Position numbers and translations under genes: made by a program
NCBI RefSeq assembly: GCF_964204645.1
Contig: NC_134030.1
Coordinates: 13,384,556 to 13,448,555 of the forward strand
Direction: 5' to 3'
Source of the DNA: Tubulanus polymorphus
Lineage: Eukaryota; Animalia; Nemertea
Length of the DNA: 64,000 bases
Notes under the pieces: generated by a model
Database searches by the model: none
What the model saw: the letters and a program-made list of their open reading frames with translations, nothing else
Told to the model about the DNA's origin: nothing
Shown here: piece by piece, positions 10,864-21,072 of the stretch
Layout of the letters: each line of letters opens with the position of its first letter
Position numbering within the stretch: the first letter of the stretch is position 1

Positions 10864-13724
10864 ATGACGAAGATCGAACAACTCATCAGAAAAAGAGAAT
10901 CAACCATCGACGCATTTGATGTGGAATACTCTGTTATTCTGCAAATAATGCAGCAAGCAACGGCAACCGAAGACCAGGTGACTGAGCTCGAAGCTCGCTG
11001 GAAGAATTACAAGACGCACACGAAACACGGGAAAATGTTTCTAATCAAATTCAAGAGATGATTAGAAACGACGATGACTATAAAAACGAAACGAAAACAT
11101 CAAACGTAAGACGATCTGAAGAACGAGTAAAACTTCTGAAAACCAAACGATACATCGACAACCATACGAAGTCTAAACAACCCGAGACATCAACTGTCCG
11201 GATAACAGACGACTATGATCATGATCAATTTACGGCGAGATTACCTAAATTGAAACTACCTGTATTCGATGGAACCTTCACCCAGAGGACAGCGTTCTGG
11301 GAAACGATTGAATGCGACGTCTTCAAAGGAAAATTCAGCGATACAACAAAATCCAACTTTATCGTCGGTCAGCTTCGGGGAAGCGCCCTCGAAGCAGTTA
11401 AGGGACTGTACGCATCCGGCTCGAATCTCGGACATTGACATCAATGCTGAAAGATCGTTTCGGACAAAATCGTGAAATTGTTCGAGCGCATATTCAGGAA
11501 ATCTATGATATTCCATCACCAACTTCGAACTATTGGGGACTGTCTCAATTTCTAAATAAGATCAACGCGAATGTAAGATCATTAAAACATCTGGCCGTTG
11601 ACGTTAACGCGTGTGCACCATTCATCATAACATCGTTAGAGAAAACACTACCGCGCAATCTATTAGAAAAAAATGGGCACATGTGGTCAAAAAGAGAACT
11701 TCGATCTGAATAAATTCATTTACACATACGAAGAATGTCTCGACAATCTAGGAGAAAATATAAGTGAAAAATCTCTACAGTACCAATATTAGTATCGAAA
11801 TTCAAGACCCGGTACTGCGACATCATTGGTGACCGTCGCTAAACAGACACAGTTGAAATGCACATTTTGTGACGGCGAACACTACCTAACAAACTGTCAA
11901 CTACCGATCGAAGAACGTCTCCAAAGGGTAATCGAAAGACGATTATATCAGAACTGTCTTCAACCAAATCACCAAGCAAAGGACTGTCACAACCGCAATC
12001 ACTGTAAGATATGCAAGAAAACACACCACACGTCATTTCACCGAGATCAACATCAACAAACCGTCTCCGGATGTACATTCGTCAACCAAGGTCATGCGCT
12101 GGATAACATCGTTCAAACATCGGATATAAATAATGTTAAATCATGCGAGGATATGAATTTCAGTACCGATTTCGGAAAATACGCATTGGATACTACCAAC
12201 ATGGTCGGTAATCAAAACCATGATTATCAAAATGAGGTTGTGTTACTGCAAACGGGGCAGGTGAGTATTGAATATCACAATCACACTTTGGAAGACAATA
12301 CCCTGCTCGACAATTGTTCCTCTATGTCATACATTCGCAGCTCCGCTGTTGCTAAAGCTCTAAAATTGGTACTGTCGTACCAACTGTCGAAAGAAGTAAA
12401 TGGTTTCGGTGGCCACTCTACGAAATGCGTATTTGATATGGCGCCCATGGGCATTAGAACGTCTGATGGCATTAGTCATCGATGAAGCAATCACTATTGA
12501 GATAATTCGTCCCATCTATCGACACAGAGGGCTGATTGTCTATAATACGAACAAATCTCAAATGCAAACCTCGCAGATAACTCTAACTGCAAAGGTATTC
12601 GTGGTCGATGTATTAATCGGTACTGCCCATCATCATTTATTCTTAAAGAACAATCTGGAGGACGTACCGGACGGTCCCCAGTTACAACACACGAATCTCG
12701 GTAGTTTCGTTTTCAGGCCGTTACACAGGTCATAAACCCCTATTGGTACAAATAGGTCTATTACAAATGCATACACGGTAAGTACCCTTAAAGACTTATC
12801 AATTAACCATCGGGAACTGTTGGATGACCAAAGCATAGGAGATTATCTACACCAAAACATAGCAGAGTTTCCCTGGGATAAAACCTTCGATCGAGAAAGT
12901 TTCATAACGCAGTATCAAGGTAAGATAGAGATTTCGGAAAATACGCATTGGATACTACCAACATGGTCGGTAATCAAAATCATGATTATCAAAATGAGGT
13001 TGTGTTACTGCAAACGGGGCAGGTGAGTATTGAATATCACAATCATACTTTGGAAGACAATACCCCGCTCGACAATTGTTCCTCTATGTCATACATTCGC
13101 AGCTCCGCTGTTGCTAAAGCTCTAAAATTGGTACTGTCGTACCAACTATCGAAAAAAGTAAATGGTTTCGGTGGCCACTCTACGAAATGCGTATTTGATA
13201 TGGCGCCCATGGGCATTAGGACGTCTGATGACTTTAAAGTCATCGATGAAGCAATCACTATTGAGATAATTCGTCCCATCTATCGACACAGAGGGCTGAT
13301 AGTCTAAAATACGAACAAATCTCAAATGCAAACCTCGCAGATAACTCTAACTGCAAAGGTATTCGTGGTCGATGTATTAATCGGTACTGCCCATCATCAT
13401 TTATTCTTAAAGAACAATCTGGAGGACGTACCGGACGGTCCCCAGTTACAACACACGAATCTCGGTAGTTTCGTTTTCAGGCCGTTACACAGGTCATAAA
13501 CCCCTATTGGTACAAATAGGTCTATTACAAATGCATACACGGTAAGTACCCTTAAAGACTTATCAATTAACCATCGGGAACTGTTGGATGACCAAAGCAT
13601 AGGAGATTATCTACACCAAAACATAGCAGAGTTTCCCTGGGATAAAACCTTCGATCGAGAAAGTTTCATAACGCAGTATCAAGGTAAGATAGAGTATAAA
13701 CATGGGTGTTACTGGGCCCCACTG
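10864..13724 (+). pseudogene. BEL/Pao gag-protease polyprotein remnant
   Basis: RLPKLKLPVFDG..AFWE (DUF1759-like gag). Three knuckles: CTFCDGEHYLTNC, YQNCLQPNHQAKDC and CKICKKTHHTSFH. Protease region LLQTG...LLDNCSSMSYI. Multiple frameshifts. Confidence 0.9.
12168..13694 (+). repeat. Tandem duplication of about 763 bp covering the protease region
   Basis: 12168-12930 and 12930-13694 are near-identical (GATTTCGGAAAATACG...GGTAAGATAGAG), and the duplicated ORFs show in the ORF track. Confidence 0.95.
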
Positions 13725-13725
13725 A

Positions 13726-14229
13726 TTGATACCTAACGAAGAAATCGGGGAATCTGAAATATTTGATGCGGATTATTTGAACAAAACGAGCATAACGTTG
13801 CAAAAGATGGCCGATTTCCAAAACCGCTTTAAATCTGAGGACCAAGCTGTACTCCGCGAACGACATACAACTGAAATCAAAAAGTGGCACCACAAAAAGG
13901 CCACAATAGAAAACGGTGATGTGGTAGTGATTAACGACAAAGACACTCCTCGTCACAAATGCAAACTCGGAATTATTACCAAAACCCTCGAAAGTAGTGA
14001 CGGCGGTATTCGCGCAGCTAGGGTCAAAACCATCAACGTCACAACCTGTCGAGCAGTGTCAAAATTGTATCCACTTGAATTTAGTTTAGATATGATTGTG
14101 AAACAAAACAAATCAGCAGCTGACAAACCCAAACCATTAAAAAGACCCTGTCGTGAAGCAGCACACAAAGCTCGAGCTAAGATTGCTCAACTGGCGACCG
14201 ATAGTGATCATAATTCGGATTCGACTTAG
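13726..14229 (+). pseudogene. BEL/Pao integrase C-terminal domain (DUF5641-like)
   Basis: FQNRFKSE...LRE.H...GDVVVINDKDTPRHKCKLGII...SSDGGIRAARVKT...RAVSKLYPLE. Confidence 0.9.
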
Positions 14230-14647
14230 TTGGAAATTTACATTCGAAAGTGTTTAAGTTAAAATTAAAATTCTTACGTTTACACTGTGTGCACCTCGTT
14301 CAATCTCGCTCATATTATAGTTTAGTGTAGATTAGTATTAGATTAAATTGTTTAGTTATATGTTACATGTTCAATTGAAATCAAAGTGTATCTGTGATTA
14401 CATATTCGTGGATTATTTCAACGCGTGCAGCCATGACCTATGGAATGGAACACAGTGACCTACAACCGTGGATAACTCATGTCACCGGATGATATAAACA
14501 TAACTAACTTTAATCACTCCAGTAACTGTTAACGCGTTTACATCTGGAACTTAAACTGTTTCAGTGCAAATTGTATATGTGGATATTATAGAAAGACACT
14601 AGGACTGCGCTGCGACTACATGTATTTCATATCGTGTCAGATTTTCC

Positions 14648-14659
14648 GGCGCGGGAGGA
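14648..14659 (+). promoter_or_regulatory. Polypurine tract
   Basis: GGCGCGGGAGGA immediately before the TG of the 3' LTR, in the BEL-type form. Confidence 0.8.
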
Positions 14660-14933
14660 TGTCGGTGACGCCATTCAGTTTGACACAATTCTTTCTCTAA
14701 TTTATAGTTTGAACCGCTCTTATAAGTACATTTTCATTCAGGAATTACGGTAATTCGACTCTCTTTAAGTAAACGAGGCATCACCCACGTCTCTCCTTCC
14801 TCTGCGCATGCGTATGTAATCATAACATCATCTTATCGATTTTAGTAAAATATATTCAGTTAGTCATATGTAAATTCTTGAATTACGTCTTATAAATCGG
14901 TAGTCGCACCTCGGACGGCCAGAGTCGACGACA
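14660..14933 (+). repeat. 3' LTR (274 bp)
   Basis: Direct repeat of 10479-10747, followed by TSD GATCC. Confidence 0.97.
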
Positions 14934-15074
14934 GATCCTTGCTGTGACTTGGAATACCCATACCCAATATTTGAAAACGCCAAGATTTTGTTAGCTTTAG
15001 TTAAAATAAACTACGGTTTCATCGGAGTTGGAGCTTTGTCGTCTTACTTATCGAGGACCTGGAGCTGAGCCTGC

Positions 15075-15372
15075 GTTGAAGATGAATTTCACTTAATTAT
15101 GTCATGTAAGAAATACAAACACGAGCGGTATGAACTTTTTGTAGATATGCCACAGCAGGTGCATGACTTCCAAGAGCTAACAAAACAACAACTGTTTCAA
15201 ATATCAATGGCTAACTATCAAATTACTCTAGCAACTTTTATTGAACAATGTTGGAGAAAAAGGAGTCTATGTATTTCCAGTGCCACTTGAATCTTTTTGT
15301 AATAAATCTAATTAGTATGATTGGATAACCCCGTTGAGGGCTAGATAGTGTTGAAATGAATAAATAAATATA
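15075..15372 (+). pseudogene. 3' end of a LINE (RTEX-like C-terminal zinc-knuckle region and tail)
   Basis: VEDEFHLIMSCKKY..ERYELF...F..L...LATFIEQCWRKR matches the EDE.H.L..C..Y...R C-terminal motif of LINE ORF2. It is followed by AATAAATAAA. Confidence 0.6.
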
Positions 15373-16596
15373 TACATTTCACCTCTCAAACCCGATCGCA
15401 CTCCTTTCTGAATATAATGGTTGACGAATGGAAAAGTTTAAGGTTCTGTGCTAAGAAGAAAACACCCGTAATTTCCACGAGTGTTATGTGCTCCAGTATT
15501 TTATTATTTATTAGATAATTGAAGCTAATATTCAAATAATTGTGGTATATCCACAAATGATGCGCAAATGGATTCAGAATCGAATTTAACTTGGCATTCA
15601 CACCTGATAACTATGGAATCTGAGGACATTTGGAGATGAAAGTGCATTTTCTTAAAACGTTTTTTAAATACCACGCATTACGCGACTATGCGGTGCCTAC
15701 AAAGGTTTGAATTACAATATGTTCTGAAAAACATAGATAAAGATAGGCCTAACACGAATGAAGAGCCAACAATATACTAAACAAATCAACTATATATTTA
15801 CTAAACGATTATACTTTCTAATTGTCATGTTTGTCTGTCATATTTACTCCAAATAACGTAATCACAATCGCAACCGCCAGTTTACGTGGTCTTGTCAAAT
15901 AATTTAGCTTGGAAAATGTTTGCCGTCATCGTTCTACATTACTTAGACTGCTGTGTTAAAATGATTCTGAGTATTTCAAATTACAAAAATAAAATACTAT
16001 CGATTGATTCCAGGTTGACATTAAACCAACAACCGGTTAATTGGACCCACATTCAAACTAGAAATACATGTACAATTGAATCGAATTAAAACCCAAAATA
16101 AGGAACAAAACTGGGGAACCGAATTCAACTCAATACAAAACGAATGAAAATGAAAAGGGAATGAAAGCAGCAAACATTCGGGCAGCGATAATGGGTTTTC
16201 TGTAGCCTGCTGCGTACTCATTTTAAGGTGGGCGATAGGTTAGAACCCCCCCCCCCGCCCCCCAACATGAGGCGAACGGTTAAAATGGTCAAATGAGCGC
16301 TTATGCGGGCAGTCTCGCGATGCATTGCGAAGCGTGTATAGATCGACTGGTTTTTGTGACACGATTGTCCACGGGAGTGAAAGGGAATCGTGTCCACTGT
16401 CGCAACGAGTCGCTGGCAAGTGCAAGTGCGTGTACGATGTCTGGTACTTGCAAAACAGTCGTCGCTGTCGGTCACAGGGAATCGCGTTGTTGTAACTTCA
16501 TAGATAGAACATGCATACGTAGTATAAACGCACTTCATTTTTACTCTATGACTAACGAGACGAGTAGTACTATATAGGTTAACTATTTATTTGACG

Positions 16597-16637
16597 CACG
16601 AGCTTTCGCTTCTAATGTATAGAAGCTTCATCAGGTG
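16597..16637 (-). ncRNA. Minimal type I hammerhead ribozyme (intact core)
   Basis: Minus strand: cac CUGAUGA a gcuucua-uacau-uagaagc GAA AGCU C gug. 3-bp stem I, 7-bp stem II, palindromic AGCU in place of stem III, and a UC cleavage site. Confidence 0.8.
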
Positions 16638-16663
16638 AATGAGCTGATTCAAATGAGTTCATT

Positions 16664-16699
16664 CACCTGATGAAGCTTCTATACATTAGAAAGCTCGTG
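16664..16699 (+). ncRNA. Hammerhead ribozyme copy with a 5-nt deletion at the stem II/GAAA junction (probably inactive)
   Basis: cacCTGATGAagcttctatacattaGAAAGCTCgtg lacks 5 nt relative to the minus-strand copy. Confidence 0.65.
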
Positions 16700-17482
16700 C
16701 GTCAAATAAATAGTTAACCTATATAGTACTACTCGCTCGTCTCGTTACTCATTTTAAACCAGGTTAACACGGCTACTCTACGAATATACTCTATGCCTAG
16801 TGAGGGTTCGAATGATCATTCACTCGTTTAATGTAGATAACTAAATCAATATAGATTTATTAATGAAGATTAATCAATATAGATTCTAGAATGAACTTTG
16901 ACTAATGCCTTTAATATTCTTGCGAAGGACTGTCCTAAATTATGGTTCGAACCAATACAAATCTTCGTATACGAGTCCGGGCCGTGTACTCGGATGAATT
17001 GTACCCAAACTACTCTTCAAGTGCAACACTGCTAGTCGTCTAAAGTTCATATGCCTTTTCTGTAGATAATTAGGTCTATGCTTAAAAGCATTAGATAACC
17101 TAGTATTTAGGCACAGCTCTACCCTAGCATTAACTTATGCCATTTACGATAGGCCTAGAGATCATTTCGCTATTTCGATCCGTAGACGTAACATTTTTAG
17201 ACAAGTTGAAAAGATGGGCGCCACAAAAGATTTGTTTTGATTCGGTAATGGGTTTTTTTGCGGTGTAGGTACTGGATAAATACTGGGGGTCGTTATATAT
17301 ATTTTGTCTCAAAATCACGAAAAATCTCGGAGATTTGTAGAGTAATCCATAATTAACGTGCGCGATGAAGTTGCGCAGCGTGGCCCGTGAGACATTAAAT
17401 GATTGGTAAGGACGTATGCTTTTCCGACTTCAGTCGCCCACGGCAGTTCGCTAGTGTGCCGTTGTAGTCGCCTACGGCAGAG

Positions 17483-17507
17483 CTTGGAGTAATCTGGTTA
17501 CTCCAAG
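17483..17507. mobile_element. 25-bp palindromic insertion/footprint with 7-bp TSD
   Basis: GGCAGAG|CTTGGAGTAA-TCTGG-TTACTCCAAG|GGCAGAG. Confidence 0.7.
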
Positions 17508-18088
17508 GGCAGAGCAAAGAAGCTATGGGTTTCATCGGCTCTTTTCAGTATCCACCAATAAACACAACACTGTGGAACTGGATCACTGTTGGATCATCCA
17601 TTTTGCAAAACTGTGGAGCTTGGGCCGGAAACGCACTGATAATATAAACTGTACCCTCTTATGTGTACGTATGAAGTATTTTTTTAACAATAATATCTAA
17701 AAGTGATATAATTCGACAGTACACACATATCATGAAACTCGAACCGTGTAGTAAATTGATTCGTATAGGTGGTAAAATTCAGTTACAAAAAGTGATGAAA
17801 TGACTAATGGTTAGAGTTCGTATAGTAGTTTCAGCGTAATATGTTGGATCAATCTAGATTCTAGATTTTAAATTTAGGCTTAGTGATAATATTTCAATCT
17901 GAGTTAAATCATTGAGCACATTCAATTTTACTATATAATCTGGACCCAGTTTCACATGTTCTGAGATTTTACTCAGAGTTAACTCTTAACTCACACCTTT
18001 TAAACCGGTCCCCGAGTTGTTGCGAGGATAAGTGTTTTGAGAGCCAATGATAAGGCACTGGAGTCTTGTGATACAAGTTTAGTATTAA

Positions 18089-18108
18089 CAGGGAGGTATA
18101 TCTCCCTG
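18089..18108. mobile_element. 20-bp palindromic insertion/footprint with 7-bp TSD
   Basis: GTATTAA|CAGGGAG-GTATAT-CTCCCTG|GTATTAA. Confidence 0.7.
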
Positions 18109-19029
18109 GTATTAATTAGATTGATTTGAATTTTGTCTGAAATTGAATTAAGTGGCGGTACGTTGGACTAGAAAACGATGGCAATGTAATAGATAGTGTT
18201 TAAGAGATTTAACATAGGCCCAAAAATTGATACCTTGCTTCTCATATCCGGCTGGGTGCAAAAATCTTAGGATTAGAGACTGGTAAATTAAAAACCTGAA
18301 AATTAGTTCCTGGGTTACAAGAAGTAAAATTAAAAACCGTTCGGGCTGGTGTCAATTCGTTTGACAATATACATACAATATACATTTAATGCGGTGTTGT
18401 TGTGTGTGAAATTGGACACAGGCATCAAAGATCCCTCTGCCTTGGTCCACCGTGTCAATGATCCAAGATATACAAGGCGTATTGACGATGTGTTCGTTCA
18501 GTGAGAGTAAGTACAGTGTAGCCTGATAGTTATTTCTCGGTTCTGGCGTGAGTCAATGCTCGCAATCCTCTATGTGACACATTTTACTTGTAAAACAAAG
18601 GAGGGTTGCTTCCAATTATTTTGTTAACAATATTTGGAATAATCTGCCTGCCGGTTCATTATTTCAAAAAATTCATGCTTTAAAAAAAAGTTAACACCTG
18701 CCTGCCAGGTTATTTTCAGGAATTTTAAAAATGAGAAATATGGTATCATTTTCTTGCCCTTTATGCAAAAACCATAGGGAGGTTTTAAGAGACATCTAAA
18801 ACGTGGTGTACGGGAACAGGTATTGAAACCTTCCCAGGTGGAAATCCCCTGTAAATATCTAGGTTATTCCATATGGTAAAAGTTCATCCAAATCTAATTT
18901 TACAATGAAATTTGAGAAATTTTTTCAAAACAAAAGTTTTATGTTGAAATACATTGATAGATATAAAAAAATCTCAAATGTTCAGTAGTGTTGGTGACAG
19001 TATTCACTTTGGAGAATGTGTGATTTTTA

Positions 19030-19359
19030 AGCCGGGCGTAGGTCGGCCTTGCGACGGCTTGCGACTCACTGCGACGCGACTCAGTGCGACCGCCAGCGAC
19101 GATCGCGTCTCAACGACCAACGGACCTACGCTACCTTGCGACTGCCAGTGACGGGTTGCGACTGGCAGCGACGCCAGTCGCAATGAGTCGCACATGTTCT
19201 ACTTTCTGCGACGCGACGCGACCGTCGCAACCGATCTACGCGCTCTTGCGACTGGGAGCAACTAGTCGCACACAGTCGCGTGTCGCAACCGACTTACGCC
19301 CCCACTTGTGACGCGACGCGACGATCGCGTCGCGTCGCAAGGTCGACCTACGCCCGGCT
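19030..19359. mobile_element. PIF/Harbinger MITE, 330 bp
   Basis: 27-bp TIR AGCCGGGCGTAGGTCGnCCTTGCGACG with 1 mismatch and TTA TSD on both sides. The GC-rich interior is filled with TGCGAC/GTCGCA motifs. Confidence 0.9.
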
Positions 19360-20201
19360 TTAGGAAGCTACATGCTTTGAGTTACCAAGGGGGGATTTAA
19401 AGAAATAGAATTAGAAAAACGAATGCAATGCGAGTTTTTTCACTGTTGATAGGAATAATTTTTGCTAGGATTTATTTTCGACCAATGAACCTTCGTGGAA
19501 CATTTTTCATAGTATATATATATTCCTTAGCCTTATTTATCAACTTAGTATCGGGTTTTCTTTCGTAATCATCACTCACAAATCATCAATATAGATAGAA
19601 GATATACATACCCCAAGAAATAAGAGATTGTACGCCTACATGTATTTGTAGCAAAACTTAGAATTCACCTAATCATTAAATGCAAACGATTCGCTTCTCT
19701 AAGAACTTTTGCGATCGCTTACTATGAAGCCCGTTTCAAAAGATCTTTCGCATGATCATACCTTTACTAACACAAATAAGGTGTCGTGTCTCTTTGGTCT
19801 ATTTTGTTTTGCTATTTCTTTGAAATGTGTAAATATTTGTATAATGTCAAGCCGTGTCCATATTTTACATCAAAACAGATTTGCGAAATTTCTGCCTCCT
19901 TGAATTTAAATATAGATACGTTCATACCGATTCGATTATTTGACCAATTAGGTCAAAGATCAAAGATATATTCGACACCACCAAAGCTCGGTAAATTTAT
20001 TTTAAAAGACCCAACTTATTTAGATTTCTATCGTATTTTCAAATCAGTTACACGGTGTCAGATCCCAACTCTAATTAAAATCAACCGCCCAAACTTAACT
20101 GAATACGACACTCCGTGGTGTCCAATTTATTCAATATTGCATTCGCCGGTTAGAATTCACCACGAACCAAACATATGATAAATGTCGATGTTTTTCTTTA
20201 C

Positions 20202-20670
20202 CTGATGTATTACTCGGTATTTCTGGTGTTTGGTCTCTTTGTTCGATATCTGACTGATGGTCGTCGCCACTTCCTGTACTAGATAATCTCTGGTAATGGT
20301 GCTGCTGTAGAGTCAGTGAGGCTGGTATAGCTGCAACTGCCCCTGTTGAAGATGTTGTTATCGATTCCGTTGCATATCCGTAAGGGGCCGAATATACGGA
20401 TGGTGAAAGAGTTAGTTGAGACTGGTGATATCCTACTCCAGTTCTAATGTACGATCCTGTAGATTGTGGATTTGTTCCAGCAGTTGCAGCCGGCAATAAC
20501 CCGTGCGATGTCACAGTACGTGGATCGAACAATAATCTCGGACTAATTAAAGCCTGTGGCATAAACGTGGTATAAGTATACGGGTGTAAAGTGTGCGGTA
20601 GTCCGGGGTAACATGGTAAAATGCCGTGTTGTCCAGTTTGGCCAGGTACTCGTTCCGTAATGGCATACAT
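20202..20670 (-). CDS. Probable first coding exon of a host gene (P/S/T/Y/Q-rich N-terminus, family not identified)
   Basis: 156 open codons from ATG 20670, with coding-like composition. Ends at a consensus donor CAG|GTAAAG (GT at 20201-20200, phase 1), followed by AT-rich intron-like sequence. No downstream exon identified. Confidence 0.62.
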
Positions 20671-21008
20671 GTTCTCCGATTCCAGGTGGCGTTTGCCAGC
20701 AAAAGTTGAACCGAGTTTCCGAAACGAATGAGTCCTGAATTGGCCGTTGAACTCGAGTTCAGTCCCTGATCGGCTACAAACACTCTAACCCGGTGCTTGG
20801 TCGCTTTAATAGATCTGGGTCATTGATTACGCTAGACAGTTTTCTCGTTTTTTATTGTAAATCCCACAGTCCTGCTGCTACATTACAGACTCACGTATTT
20901 GCGTTCGAAAGCTAGAATACCCAGTGAGTGTCATCGAGAATAACTTAGCGAAACTTGTCCCATTAAATACTAGGGCGGTAACTCTGTTCTTTAACGCTGA
21001 ACCGACAA

Positions 21009-21072
21009 CTGTCACGTGGTGTGTACAATAGCTGTTGGTTGGCCAAACGGGTGACAGTGGAATGATTGATGG
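21009..21072. promoter_or_regulatory. Candidate cis-regulatory cluster (Meis/Prep x2, E-box, Pbx-Hox)
   Basis: CTGTCA 21009-21014, CACGTG 21013-21018, TGACAG 21052-21057 and TGATTGATGG 21063-21072, located 340-400 bp upstream of the putative ATG. Confidence 0.35.

Larger units (their letters stand above)
10479..14933 (+). mobile_element. BEL/Pao LTR retrotransposon, internally deleted (non-autonomous)
   Basis: Two TG...CA LTRs, 5-bp TSD GATCC (10474-10478 and 14934-14938), PBS, PPT and BEL-type gag knuckles. Confidence 0.96.
10101..14969 (+). mobile_element. Putative solo LTR (10101-10478 + 14939-14969) split by the BEL insertion
   Basis: Begins TGTTGGG and, once the BEL element is removed, ends CCCAATA (inverted ends, one mismatch). 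AATAAA near 10431. No TSD found. Confidence 0.4.
16548..16781. mobile_element. Penelope-like element pseudo-LTR with inverted partial copy (about 100-bp arms)
   Basis: 16548-16645 is the reverse complement of 16657-16752. The plus arm runs hammerhead, AAATAAA, GTTAACCT...AGGTTAAC stem, then TAACACGGCTAC, a layout I recall from Neptune-type Penelope pLTRs. Confidence 0.8.

Noticed and set aside
17942-18012. Possible short Harbinger-like relic (GGACCCAGTTTCA...TTTAAACCGGTCC)
   Set aside because: The termini are too degenerate and there is no clear TSD.
18954-19311. Three short overlapping ORFs
   Set aside because: They lie in the GC-rich MITE and have no protein motifs.
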